A stretch of DNA of 33,973 bases from Octopus bimaculoides (GCF_001194135.2 NC_069006.1:11430101-11464073); one strand, 5' to 3'. Positions 1 to 11,744 are shown, counted from the stretch's first letter. The notes: generated from the letters alone by a model not told the origin. Translations and numbers: made by a program.

Positions 1-270
1 TTCGATCGAGATCGTTGCCAGTGCCCCTGGACTGGCTCTTGTGCGGGTGGCACATAAAAGACACCATTTCGAGCGTGGCCGTTTTCGTGCGGGTGACATG
101 TAAAAGCACCCACTACACTCTGAGTGGTTGGCGTTAGGAAGGGCATCCAGCTGTAGAAACTCTGCCAAATTAGATTGGAGCCTGGTGTTGCCATCCAGTT
201 TCACCAGTCCTCAATCAAATCGTCCAACCCATGCTAGCATGGAAAGCGGACGTTAAACGATGATGATGAT
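1..270 (+). mobile_element. RTE-LINE-tail-related short element (SINE or 5'-truncated RTE 3' UTR) ending in a (GAT)n tail
   Basis: Ends ...gagtggttggcgttaggaagggcatccagctgtagaaac...catgctagcatggaaagcggacgttaaacgatgatgatgat. The same sequence recurs at 990-1352, 18001-18230 (minus), 20606-20690 and 22831-22988. Confidence 0.85.
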
Positions 271-316
271 TATTATTATTATTATTAAGCCTTGTGCCTA
301 TAATAGAATTGCTTAG

Positions 317-957
317 GGTGATGAAACCATCCTGCATGTACTCGTCCAATGTCCAAGTATTGCTGACATGTGGCGCTTTGTTGAACAGCTGTTGACACAT
401 GTGGGACAGATTCGGTTATCAGCAGAGTCCATCATGAAGATCGTCCCACCGCCTTCTTTTGACCAGGAAGGAAAGGCAGTTTTCTTCTGTCTGGTGGCTA
501 TGGCGAAGGTGGTAGTGTGGTGGACGAGATTGAAAGGACTGCAGACAGATACCTTCCTCTTTGGCCAAGCCCTCATCAACTTGAAAAGGAAAGTGAGGGT
601 GAAGTGGGAAGTTCTCCCCCCCCCCCCCCAGCCACCAGTATTTTTGTTGAAAGGTAGGTGAATGTGGCAAGTATGGCCGTGTGAAGGGGCCAACTCTGAA
701 CATTCACTTGTAAATTGGAGGCGTTGAGGAGAGGGGTTGCTTACTGAGGTGCACTTGGCGGTTGGGGGAACCAGGATGTGTGGGGTTCCTTGGTTGTCCT
801 AGTAAGGAACTGCCCCTTTTGGGGAATTTTTATTGTTTGATTTTATTGTTAATTGTTATTGTTATTTATTGCATACTCCACATTGTTCGAAACCCCACTT
901 GTCCCTTGTATTGTCCCTATTTTGTTTTGTGTTTGGCCCTTGCGGCCAATAAAAAAA
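317..957 (+). mobile_element. 5'-truncated Tx1/L1-clade LINE: ORF2 C-terminus (end of zf-RVT-type zinc knuckle), 3' UTR and polyA signal
   Basis: The frame from 317 reads GDETILHVLVQCPSIADMWRFVEQLL...CLVAMAKVVVWWTRLKG... (ExxxHxxxxCP...W motif of the L1/Tx1 ORF2 C-terminus). After a poly-C run it resumes as FVER*VNVASMA/VKGPTLNIHL* (TAA 711-713). A T-rich 3' UTR follows, then AATAAA at 948-953, an A run and (ATT)n. Confidence 0.8.
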
Positions 958-989
958 TCATAATCATTATTATTATTATTATTATTATT

Positions 990-1352
990 ATCTTCCATGC
1001 TAGTGGCACGTAAAAAGCACCATTTGAGTGTAATTGTTATCAGTGTTGCCTTACTGGCACTTGTGCCAGTGGTACGTGTAAAGACATTCGAGCGAGATCG
1101 TTGCCAGTGCCACTGGACTGGCTCCTGTGCAGGTGGCACATAAAAAACACCATTTGAGCGTGGCTGTTGCCAGTACCGCCTGACTGGCCCTCGTGCCGGT
1201 GGCACGTAAAAGCACCCACTACACTCTCGAAGTGGTTGGCATTAGGAAGGGCATCCAGCCGTAGAAACTCTGCTAGATAAGATTGGAGCCTGGTGCAGCC
1301 ATCTGGTTCGCCAGTCCTCAGTCAAATCATCCAACCCATGCTAGCATGGAAA
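990..1352 (+). mobile_element. RTE-tail-related short element, longer copy
   Basis: Closely similar to 1-245 (ttcgagcgagatcgttgccagtgcc...tggcacgtaaaagcacccactacactctc...catgctagcatggaaa). Confidence 0.85.
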
Positions 1353-1379
1353 TAAAATAAATAGTGAAATAATTATAAT

Positions 1380-2130
1380 TTTTCAGTCATTGGATAGTAG
1401 CCAAGCTGGAACACTACACACATATACACATGACAAGCTTTTGCAGTTTCCATTATCCAAACTCACTCACAAGGCTTTGGCTGGACAAGGGTTATAATGG
1501 CAGACACTTACCCAAGGTTACATATGTATCTGTATGTATGCAAGTGTGCATGTTTGTGTCTCATTGTCTTGATATCCTCTGACAGTCATAAATGAGTGTC
1601 ACTGTCATACAAGCAGTCCATTTCCAATATTCTGTGAAAACATGTCTGGCTATCAAGAAATATTACTTTGCTTGGAAACAAGTTTGGTTTGGTGATATGA
1701 AGGGCATCCAGCCATAAAAAATCTGCCTCACTATATTCTGCCTGATCCATGCAAGGATGGAAAAGTGAACAGTGCTGAAGGACCACCTCAGGATGAGATG
1801 ACAAATGACTGAGATACCTGGCACTTTGAAGACCCATCCGTCACAGAAGAAGTGTTAAGGCCACTCCCCTTGGTGAAGAGAATTGGCCTGCAAGCACTTG
1901 TGCCAGTGTCACATAATGGCACCTGTGCAATGCAATGCTAAAAGTACCCAGCTCACACTGTTAAAGTAGTTGGCATTCAGAAGAAATCCAACTGTAGAAG
2001 AAATCCAACTGTAGAAGAAACCAAGCCAAATCAGACTGGAACCTGGAGCAGCTCTCCAACTTGCCGGCTCTATTCAAACCAACTCACCCACCCACGCCAT
2101 AGGAAATGGACATTAAACGAGGATGAGGAT
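1380..2130. mobile_element. Cluster of degenerate SINE and RTE 3'-end fragments
   Basis: Minus-strand piece ctcactcacaaggctttgg...gacacttacccaagg (about 1430-1520). Plus-strand pieces aagggcatccagccataaaa (about 1700) and atgacaaatgactgagatacctggc (RTE ORF2 end, about 1800), with a tail ...cattaaacgaggatgaggat at about 2130. Confidence 0.6.
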
Positions 2131-2439
2131 CTATTTTCTTAGACTAAATCATTTTGTTATCCTATTTGTATGAAAATACATTGTCTGTTTTCAATTAATT
2201 CTTAAAATAATGCAAAGTTTAGTAAAATAACTGCTATTATGAAGCTGGTATTCAGAACATAAATTAACACAAAATTTTGACAGGAAAGTTTTAAGATAAT
2301 TTTAAAACAGGAATTTTAAATAATTTTAAAACATAAATTCAAGGACACTCTTAGGCAGGCTGGTATCAAAAGAGATTTTTAGTTTGGTAAACTTTTCCAT
2401 TTCTAACAATGAGACTAACTAGACGAGGATGGGAAGATG

Positions 2440-2800
2440 AGGATTTTATCTTTTCTTTGCTTCAGCCGTGCTGGGGGCACCACTTTGAAGGGTTTTAGTT
2501 GAACAAACCAATCCCAGTACTTGTTTTTAAGTCTGGTACATATTGTATTGGTCTCTTTTGCCGAACTGCTAAGTTACAGGGACTGAAACAAACCAACACC
2601 AGTTACCAAATGGTGGGAGACAAACAAACACATATACATATGTATACAATGGGTTCCCATTCAGTCTCTGTCTACCAAGTCCATGCACAAGGCACTGGTC
2701 AACCCGAGGCTACCATAGAAGACATTTGCCCAAGGTGGGACTGAACCCAAAACCATGTTGTTGCAAAGCGAGTTTCTTAACTACAGAGCCATGCCTGAGC
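2440..2800 (-). mobile_element. tRNA-head SINE (ccttgggcaagtgtcttctactatagcc family)
   Basis: The reverse complement gives a B-box-like gggttcagtcccaccttgggcaaatgtcttctatggtagcctcgggttgacc, then the 3' module ...ccccagcacggctgaagcaaagaaaag. Homologous to 21080-21382, 26622-26770 and 32765-32920. Confidence 0.75.
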
Positions 2801-3089
2801 CTGAAGTTTACAACTAAACGGATTAAAGTATCTGAAAGTAAACATTGACCAAGTGTAAAGTAGAATTTAGTAGTGTTGCAGGAGGGGGGGGGACACACAA
2901 ATTTGTCAGAGAGAGAGAGAGAAAGAGAGGCAGACAGACAGTGTGTGTGTGTGTGTGTTTATTGCTAAAGATTATAAACGATGGCAATAGCAGGAACTGA
3001 AGTCCATGACAACAGATCATGGTGGAGGATAAAAACACAAAAGGCAAAAGACACACACACACAGATAGATTAGTGACAGGAACTAGGAG

Positions 3090-3650
3090 TATCATTGTTG
3101 TTGTTGTTGGTGGTGGTGGTGTAGCAGTAATGGTGGTTGTACAAGTGGTGAAGTAGCCAGCAGTGATAGTCATTGTGTGGTGATGTTGGTAGTGGTGTTG
3201 ATAGTGGTGGTGGTTTATAGTACTGGTGTTGGAAAGTAGAGGTGTGGTTGTGGTGGTGTTGGTTATAGTGTTGATAGTGGTAGCCTTATATAATACTGGT
3301 GTAAGAATGGTAGAGGTGTGGTGGTTGTTGTGTGGTGATGTTAGTAGAGGTGTGATGGTACTGATATTGGTGGTATGGTACAGTGTTGGTGTAGTGGTGT
3401 TGGCAGTAGTACTGATAGTGGTGGTGTTGGTAGAGCAATGTTGATAGAGATGGTGTTGGTAGGTATAAGTATAGTGGTGGTAGTGGCAGTGTCGGTGGTG
3501 TGTCAATACTAATGATGGTGGTGGTGGTACTAATGGTGGTAACAGTAGTGTCGTGGTGTCAGTAGCACAATTGAGGTGGTGTTGGTAGAAGAAGTAGCAT
3601 GAGGTGGAGAGAGAGCGAAGCAGACAGAGGTGGTGGTGAAGTGAAGCTAG
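3090..3650. repeat. GT-rich low-complexity trinucleotide mosaic (GTG/GTA/GTT)
   Basis: Degenerate ggt/agt/tgt triplets. Source of the spurious Thr/His-rich and Val-rich ORFs. Confidence 0.9.
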
Positions 3651-3829
3651 TATTGCTATTACTTTTGTTGTTTTAAACCCAAACTTAAGCACTGCCATTA
3701 CTCAGAGAAAACAATTAAAAACTGACATTCCTCATTAATTAGTCAGAATTGACTAAAAACACCCAACTTAATGTTTGTATTCTACACTGAGAAACTACAA
3801 AAATTGGTGACATTCTTTCTTGTCACCCA

Positions 3830-4120
3830 TGCCATCAGCTAACTAATGATAGGACTGGACTGACAAATGCTTTGGTGGGTGAATTTGGCAGAAGGAAACT
3901 GAATGGAAGCATATGCATTGTGTGCGTGTGTGTGTGTTTTTTTTCCCCACCACTGCCTGATAACCTGTGTCGGCTCATTTATGTTTCCATAACTTAGGAG
4001 TTCGGCTTATTAGAAAGCTTGATTCCAGGTTCTGTTCCACTGTGCAACACCATCTACTACAGCCCTGGTCAACCGCTGCCTTGTGAGTGAATTTGGTTGA
4101 GAGAAACTGTGTGGAAGACA

Positions 4121-4164
<44 letters not shown>

Positions 4165-4345
4165 ATGCATGTGTATATGAGTGTTGGTTTATTTACGTCC
4201 TTGTAACTTATGATTCAGCATATGAGACCAATAGAATAAGTACCAGATATCAAGAAAAATAAGTACCAGGGTCAATTTGTTCAGCTACATTGTTCAATAT
4301 GGTGCCCCAGCATGACCACAGTCCAACGACTGAAACAAAAATATA
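3830..4345 (+). mobile_element. Two nested or adjacent degenerate tRNA-head SINE copies with (TG)n spacers
   Basis: ctttggtgggtgaatttggcagaaggaaactg; ccaggttctgttccactgtgcaacacc...gccttgtgagtgaatttgg; and the 3' module gagaccaatagaataagtacc...ccccagcatgaccacagtccaacgactgaaac. Confidence 0.7.
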
Positions 4346-4569
4346 TTTTAATTGATTACCAAGGACACCAAATTACCCAGATTGTTAGAGCATTGGATGA
4401 AATGTTTCACCATATTTCGTCCAACATTTTTTACATCCCAAGTTCAAATCCCACTTCAGATAACGTTACTTTAAGTACCTGTCATACTGAGGGAACAATG
4501 GCATTGATTAACTAAACACCTATCCCTTAGTAATTACTGGTCTTGTGCTGAAATTGTTTACCAATTCAT

Positions 4570-5070
4570 CATCATTTAATGCCTGCTTTTCCAGGCTCAC
4601 ATGGGTCAGTCAGAATTCATCGAAGCAGACATTCTATGGCTGGATGCCCTTCCTGATGCCAACCTTCACCTGTTTCCAAGGGACGTAATATTTCCCCATG
4701 GCCAGACATGTTTCCAGAGAAAGACTGGAAACAAATCATACTGTTTATATAAAGGCAATGCTTGTTTACAGCCATTTCATAGAAGAATGGAAACGAAGGA
4801 CATTGCTTGCATGGCATTGACATGTATTTATAATTATTATGCAATGTTAAGACAAAGAGACCAACACACACAAACGCATGTATACACACACACATTATAT
4901 ACATACCTACATACAACCTTCTTTCATTTTTCATTTATCAAATCCATTCACAAGGCATTAGTCGGCTTGTGGCTATAATAGAGAACACTTGGCCAAAATG
5001 CTGCACAGTAGAACTGATACTGAAACCACATGATTCGGAATTAAATTTCTTAACCACATAGCCATTCTTG
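4570..5070 (-). mobile_element. Degenerate RTE-tail element plus tRNA-head SINE
   Basis: catcatcatttaatg...ggctggatgcccttcctgatgccaacc (RTE-tail family, minus) and caaatccattcacaaggcattagtcggc...aacacttggccaaaatgctgcacagtagaactga (SINE, minus). Confidence 0.65.
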
Positions 5071-5456
5071 CATTTCGTTAAATGTTTATCTATGAAATTA
5101 ATTTTCCTGTTTAGTGGCAGCCAGATGAAGTGGGTGGTGACCCACTTCTCCCCCCAACTCTGAAATTAGTGAGGTTGGTAGCATTTAATATCAAAACTGT
5201 GAGAAAGACGTATGCATGGAGGGATTGCATTTTGATTGCACTGGATGTAGTGATTAGCACAGGGCCTGTGGAGTGGGGGTGAATATGATGTGAGTGATGA
5301 GAGATGAAAAAGGAGAAAGAGAGATAGTATCCTACTAAAGGGGGCACATGAGCAGACAACTCTGAGTAGCAGATATTACTGAGGTAGCAGTGGTAGGAGA
5401 TGGTAAAGAGAGAGGCAGTACATCCTATGAGTTGAGGTTGGAGTGTGAGAGGGAAA

Positions 5457-5553
5457 TATAAATAGGTACCATGGGAAGGTAGAGTTCACCTAGCTGTAAA
5501 TATGTACCATGTGGACAGGTACAGTTCACCTGGATATAAATAGGTAATGTGGA
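5457..5553. repeat. Degenerate ~39-bp tandem repeat, about 2.5 copies
   Basis: tataaataggtaccatgggaaggtagagttcacctagc / tgtaaatatgtaccatgtggacaggtacagttcacctgga / tataaataggta. Confidence 0.7.
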
Positions 5554-5559
5554 TGAGTA

Positions 5560-5729
5560 TATGTGTGTGCATGTATTCAACATACACATATACAAAAACA
5601 CATAGATACACAAATATATACATACATACATATACACACACACATATATAGGTACACAAATATATGCATCTATACACATACACATACACATATATACATC
5701 AATATGTATACACATACACAGATACACAA

Positions 5730-5775
<46 letters not shown>

Positions 5776-5844
5776 GAGAATATACAAAAAATAACAACAG
5801 ACGAGGACAGGTGGTAAATTTCCCAACTTCCTGTTTTGTTTTGT

Positions 5845-5887
<43 letters not shown>

Positions 5888-5945
5888 ATACATATATATA
5901 TATACATACATACATAGACACACACATATGTGTATGTGTGTGGTA
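5560..5945. repeat. Compound (CA)/(TA)/(TACA) microsatellite field
   Basis: Visible dinucleotide runs with a short interruption at about 5775-5850. Confidence 0.9.
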
Positions 5946-6527
5946 TGTAGACAGATGTAAACAATTTGTCTTTTCCACAATACCCTCGTGAACAAGAAAA
6001 AAAAGGAGATATCAGCTGATCTAGTTTTATTCCTTCCGTTGGGACTTCACCAACGACCAAGCGGCCTCTTTCATTGTCCACAGAGAGATTGTTTGTAAAG
6101 TTGTTATTAATAATAAGTGCTGCATTAAACCAGATTAATCTATTTGCATAAATTTCTGGCATTCTTGGCAGCTCATTTGACTTACAAATTACTGATGCAT
6201 CAATGATGTGTTAATAGAAGGAACACTGTACTATGAAATTAATCTATAGTATAATTAATCTATAGTATCAGGACAAAACATTGTTAATGCACCAGTAAGT
6301 TATTAATTAAACTAGCTGCCAGCAAAGCATCAATTTATGCAAATAGATTTAATTTATTGAAGCACTTATGAATAACAACTTTATAAACAATATATCTATG
6401 GACCATTAATCAGGGTAGTCTGTCGCTGATGAGGTTCTAATTGAGGCATTAAAACCAGCCTTGCAGATATGTATTTTCTTGTCCATGATGTTACTGTATA
6501 GAAGACAAGTTGTTTACATCTATCTAC
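5946..6527. mobile_element. Old ~580-bp palindromic (foldback/MITE-like) element
   Basis: Left arm gtagacagatgtaaacaatttgtctt pairs with right arm aagacaagttgtttacatctatctac. Inner matches: ctatttgcataaatt / aatttatgcaaatag and tggcagct / agctgcca. The centre carries a duplicated aattaatctatagtat. Confidence 0.8.
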
Positions 6528-6549
6528 GCACATCGAGTTGGTTATATAT

Positions 6550-7200
6550 TGTCATCCTCATCATTTAATAGTGCTGGTATGGGTTGGCTAGTTTGACCAA
6601 AGAATCGCATTCGGCTGCAATATCTGATCTAGCATGGCTTCTACAACTGGATCCTCTTTCTAATCCCAACTACTTTATAGCATGTACTTGGTAGCACCAG
6701 TGAGGTTGCGAAGTAACTAACAAGACAAAGAAAAAGCTTCCTTCACAGAGGGGGAGGGACATGGCTTTATGGCAGGTGTTGTGAAGTAAAATTATGATAA
6801 GACAGATAAAGGTGGAGAACAAAAGAAAAAAGCACTCAACACATTTAGAAGGAGCTGCATATATTATCTAAAACAGTTTGATTTGACCCCTGGTAACTTA
6901 AGTCTTATAGACTTCTTACAGAAACCTGCAAAATTTTTAAGGTGAAAGGAGTTGAGTCCAACTTATGCCAGCATGGAAGATGGCTGCTAAATGATGATGA
7001 CGAGGACATAAAATCGTGTGGTTTTCTAAACAGGTATCGCCATCATACAAGCAGTATTGATTATTTCCAATCTTCTGTGAAGACATGTCTGGCCACAGAG
7101 AAATATTTGGTTTGCAAACAGGTGAAGGTTGGTGACAAGAAGAGCATCTGACTGTAGAAAATATACCTTTAACGAATTTCACCTGACCTATAAGTGGATG
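6550..7200. mobile_element. Two degenerate RTE-tail-family copies in opposite orientation (about 6550-6720 minus, about 6950-7200 plus)
   Basis: catcctcatcatttaa...ctacaactggatcctctttc (minus); tgccagcatggaagatgg...atgatgatgacgagg and aagagcatctgactgtagaaa...gtggatgttaaaacaatgat (plus). Confidence 0.55.
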
Positions 7201-7436
7201 TTAAAACAATGATATATATTTAAGTAAAAAAAAGAAAGGAAAACAAAGAAAGCTTTTAACAACTGTCAGAAGCTTTCTTTGTTTTTGTTTTCTAATTCTG
7301 TACTTACAATGCTTCAAGCAAACTACAACACTCTTAACGATACATATATAAATCTATAGATGCTTAGATAAGTTTCGGACAGAATTGGTTCTGGGTTTCA
7401 CTAATTTAATAGTACCACCAGAAAAAGACAGTTAAT

Positions 7437-7855
7437 GACATTTCATATTCCATTCATTCTTTGGGCACCATCGACCATTCAAGTAGAGAGTTGCTGTTTG
7501 CAGGGATATATCTGGGTGTAGTGGGTTTATCTGGAATTTGTTGGAAATATTCATCCAGAAACTGTTGAATGTTAGATATTTTCTTCTCTTATGTGTCCTG
7601 ACATGATGTTCAAGAGAGCAAGGCCAATTAAGGTGAAATAGTTCTGTCGTAGTGTTGTGATGTTATGCAAACATGATTTTTATAGAGGACGGATGGCAAG
7701 GGGACCAAGCCTTGCGTGAATTTTATGTGTGAATTTTAAAGTTAATGCCAATATTGTTTAGGCAATACTGTTGGAATATTTTCCACATCATACAAATGAT
7801 ATAGTGCTCATTGGTGGGAATAAAACTTGAGCTTCTCAAGCCGATCTCAATAATT
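7437..7855 (-). mobile_element. CR1-group LINE ORF2 C-terminal fragment (decayed)
   Basis: The minus strand reads NY*DRLEKLKFYSHQ (CR1-type YWERLxxLxLYSL motif), then YIICMMWKIFQQYCLNNIGINFKIH, then ...FLDEYFQQIPDKPTTPRYIPANSNSLLEW, with stops and frameshifts. Confidence 0.8.
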
Positions 7856-8611
7856 ACACAAAGTATATTACAGTGTATGTATATTTGCATGTGTGTGTGT
7901 GTATATATATATATATATGATGATGATGATATACACACACACACACACATACATACACATACGTGCGCATATACATGTACATATACATGTTTACATATAC
8001 ACACATTTTGAGAGAGAGAAATTTGTAAATACATACACACACACATAGTTTCTGCTGAATTTGTGGTACAAAAAGTTTTCAATACAACTTTGGGAAGTGT
8101 GAACATATGCATGTGTGTGTATACGAGCGTTTTTGTGTGTTCATGTGTCTATGTATTGTATACAGTTAACGGTTGTGTGTATGCATAATCTAATGACATA
8201 TTCATACAGGTCTGGCTGGGTATATATAAATATACATATATATGTCATAGGAGTGCGGGTTGAGGTGAAGGATGTGGAATGTAGGCCACGTAAATTAATG
8301 AACCAAGCTCAATAGATAACCAAACGGTATCACACATAAACCACTCGCCATCAGCACACACACACACATTATATATATATATATATATATATTTAGCTGT
8401 ACTTTAAACCTTATCCTAGCGACACGCATATTCGGCTGCACATTAACTTACATAGTTGATACTCTAACCATAAAGGACTTCTAAGCACCGCTTGTCCCAC
8501 AACCACACTTCGATTTTTCCCAAAATATGTACACACCACCAGGAACAAACTATCATAATATATATATATTATACTTACGTATATTTATATATGATATTTA
8601 CAGAATACTTA

Positions 8612-8643
<32 letters not shown>

Positions 8644-8651
<8 letters not shown>

Positions 8652-8717
8652 TGTGACACTCATTCGGAAGCCATGATAAAACTCCGAGTTTCGGATGCCG
8701 GGGTGGGAACACACGCC
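8644..8717. mobile_element. Terminal arm of a second copy of the 17032-17554 foldback family, running into the gap
   Basis: aaaaatatgtgacactcattcggaagccatgataaaactccgagtttcggatgccggggtgggaac matches 17038-17103. Confidence 0.85.
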
Positions 8718-9527
8718 NNNNNNNNNNNNNNNNNNNNNNNNNNNNNNNNNNNNNNNNNNNNNNNNNNNNNNNNNNNNNNNNNNNNNNNNNNNNNNNNNNN
8801 NNNNNNNNNNNNNNNNNNNNNNNNNNNNNNNNNNNNNNNNNNNNNNNNNNNNNNNNNNNNNNNNNNNNNNNNNNNNNNNNNNNNNNNNNNNNNNNNNNNN
8901 NNNNNNNNNNNNNNNNNNNNNNNNNNNNNNNNNNNNNNNNNNNNNNNNNNNNNNNNNNNNNNNNNNNNNNNNNNNNNNNNNNNNNNNNNNNNNNNNNNNN
9001 NNNNNNNNNNNNNNNNNNNNNNNNNNNNNNNNNNNNNNNNNNNNNNNNNNNNNNNNNNNNNNNNNNNNNNNNNNNNNNNNNNNNNNNNNNNNNNNNNNNN
9101 NNNNNNNNNNNNNNNNNNNNNNNNNNNNNNNNNNNNNNNNNNNNNNNNNNNNNNNNNNNNNNNNNNNNNNNNNNNNNNNNNNNNNNNNNNNNNNNNNNNN
9201 NNNNNNNNNNNNNNNNNNNNNNNNNNNNNNNNNNNNNNNNNNNNNNNNNNNNNNNNNNNNNNNNNNNNNNNNNNNNNNNNNNNNNNNNNNNNNNNNNNNN
9301 NNNNNNNNNNNNNNNNNNNNNNNNNNNNNNNNNNNNNNNNNNNNNNNNNNNNNNNNNNNNNNNNNNNNNNNNNNNNNNNNNNNNNNNNNNNNNNNNNNNN
9401 NNNNNNNNNNNNNNNNNNNNNNNNNNNNNNNNNNNNNNNNNNNNNNNNNNNNNNNNNNNNNNNNNNNNNNNNNNNNNNNNNNNNNNNNNNNNNNNNNNNN
9501 NNNNNNNNNNNNNNNNNNNNNNNNNNN
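8718..9527. other. Assembly gap (N)
   Basis: Run of n. Confidence 1.
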
Positions 9528-9676
9528 GTTTGTAAAAGGAAAACAACATTTTAAACTTTTATTTAAAAAATTCCGTCGCATGCTGTTTTAGAGAAAAAGT
9601 AGTACGGATAATACTGGTAAGTCGTTCAGTTATTTCCCTTGTAATTTATTTAACCCCTCGAAACTGGAAGATTACC

Positions 9677-9707
<31 letters not shown>

Positions 9708-10839
9708 CACACACAGAAATATATATGCATAAATATACGCATATTTATATATACACATATGTATACAGACATATACATAAATACATATGTATTATATGAA
9801 TGTGTGTATATATATAAATTACTACTGTTACTATTATCTATAGCCCTAATTAATTATAATGGAAATAACATGGTTAATAAATTATGACTTTTTTAACAAC
9901 GATATTTACCCTATTTTTCGCTTCTCTACCACAAACAATAATTCACACACCATGATAATTAACGAATTAACACAACTACATGATAACAAATTAACACTCC
10001 TACTACTTATTACTGTTAATAAACAAAATATAATTAAGATAATTAATCATAAAATTATAACAATAACTGTGACCTCAGGTTAGCTTTGATCTAGCAGACT
10101 TAAGTCTGTCCAACCATGACCACCCCTTTTATACGAGGGTCATATAGGGAACATTACATTATCTAATGCATGTTTGTTTTTTGTTGCTTTTCTTTTCAAG
10201 AACATTGGATTCGATTTGAAAGAAATTTGACTGCTATTTCTAGTAGGTCTAGAGACCACATGGGGATTATTTTATTTTATTGTATTTGCCACACAAGAAC
10301 CATATAACAATGAGTCCTCGCATTTTCGGTCCCCTGTGAGTGTGTGTGTTTGTTATGAGGATGGGATGCTTACATAAAGGATAGGCAGTTAGTGTTCGGG
10401 CTACACACATGTATATGTCTACAATTTAGATGATTATTTTCTTTTTTTTTTTTATCTCGTGATGAATGGTAGAATTTTTTTTTCAAGTATTTGTGGCAAA
10501 ATAAATTAAATTAAAATGTAGACTACGTAATTGTTTGACCTGGCAGAAATGGCAGGCAAACTCCCTTCAAATCACCTTATTCATAAATAAAAGAAGGAAC
10601 AGAAGAACTCCATAAGATAAGGGTAGATTTTCTTATGAAAGAGTAATTACATCATAGGGAAGGGGAACGGTTGGTGGGGTTGAAATTCTAAGGGGGAAAA
10701 ATCCTTTAAGAATTATAATCTCCGTTCTACAAAACCCAAGAATTTTTTTTTTTAAGCCTCTCAATTCCTTGACCTTTTTCCTTTCCCAGTTGGAAGCGAT
10801 GGCTATTCCAAAATTCTGTTTTTCCCCCCACCCCCACCT

Positions 10840-11744
10840 TCTAAACGGTTTCAAATTTTGACACAAGGATAATAATTTCAGTTGATTACATCAATTCCAT
10901 TGTTCATTTTATCGACCCAGAAAGGATTGAAGACAAAATTACTTCAGCAGAATTTGAACTTTGAACAAAGGAGCCAGAAAAAAAAAGCCGCTAAGTATTA
11001 TATATACAACGCTCTAACGGTTCTGCCAAGCTCGCTGCCTAAATGTACATCAAAGGATGATGCAGAGGGTTGAGCAGCAGATTAAATTACTTTTGTTAGT
11101 ATTTAGTTACAGTTTGTTTACGTGTTTCGAGTTCAATTCCATCCGAGGTCGACTCGTTATTACTTCATCCAAAGGTCGATAAACTAACTTAATAACCAAG
11201 GATTGGTTCAGTATCAATGACTCAGACACGTTCACCAAACCCGAAAATCTTTGGCACGGTGCCAAGAATGGCAAGAAATTATCACAATAAATCATAGCTG
11301 TTTCTAACGTAGGCACAAGGCCAACAATTTTCGAGATGTGTGGTTTAGCCAATACCATCGATCCTAGTATAGGACTCGCACTTCAGTTTATCGATCCTTG
11401 AACTGGTGAAAGGCAAACTGACCCCGAGTAAGATTTGAAACCAGAATACCAACGCTTTAACTTTACCGACTATTCTGCCAACCCGCCACCTTAATAATAA
11501 TAATAATTGTTTCAAATTTTAGCACAAACCCACCACTTTCGACGAAACGGTTATGGCACAAGGCCAGCAATTTTGAAGGGTGGAGCAAGTCGACATCTCG
11601 CTCCCAATATTTCAATGGTACTCTCTTTTATGGATCCGCGAAAGGACGAAAGGCAAAGCTAAATTCAGTGGGTTTTGAACTCTGAACGTTAAATAGCCGG
11701 AACAAATACCAATTTCTTTATTGCCCATTAAGCATTTTGTTCGA
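10840..11744. mobile_element. Cluster of four old (ATT)n-tailed tRNA-derived SINE copies in mixed orientation
   Basis: Recurrent motifs ttttggcacaaggcc / ttatcgacc / gatgaaaggcaaag / tttgaactc, at about 10845-11040 (-), 11125-11290 (+), 11300-11500 (-) and 11505-11744 (-). Confidence 0.7.

Noticed and set aside
2823-3698. 291-aa Thr/His-rich ORF that looks like a mucin
   Set aside because: Translation of a GTG/GTA low-complexity tract, with no signal peptide or splice support.
5425-6162. 245-aa minus ORF with a protein-like N-terminus (MPEIYANRLIWFNAA...RGYCGKDK)
   Set aside because: The unique part is one arm of the 5946-6527 palindrome and the rest is (TA/CA) microsatellite. The YCG resembles SH3BGR exon 2, but the upstream PPQI and DIS motifs and suitable splice sites are absent.
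8400-8580. Two minus-strand GTAAGT donor motifs as candidate SH3BGR exon 2 ends
   Set aside because: The upstream frames show no SH3BGR similarity and there is no clear acceptor.
8575-9591. Long ORFs spanning N runs (also at 11721-12068, 25324-26112 and 31176-32301)
   Set aside because: Artefacts of translating assembly gaps.
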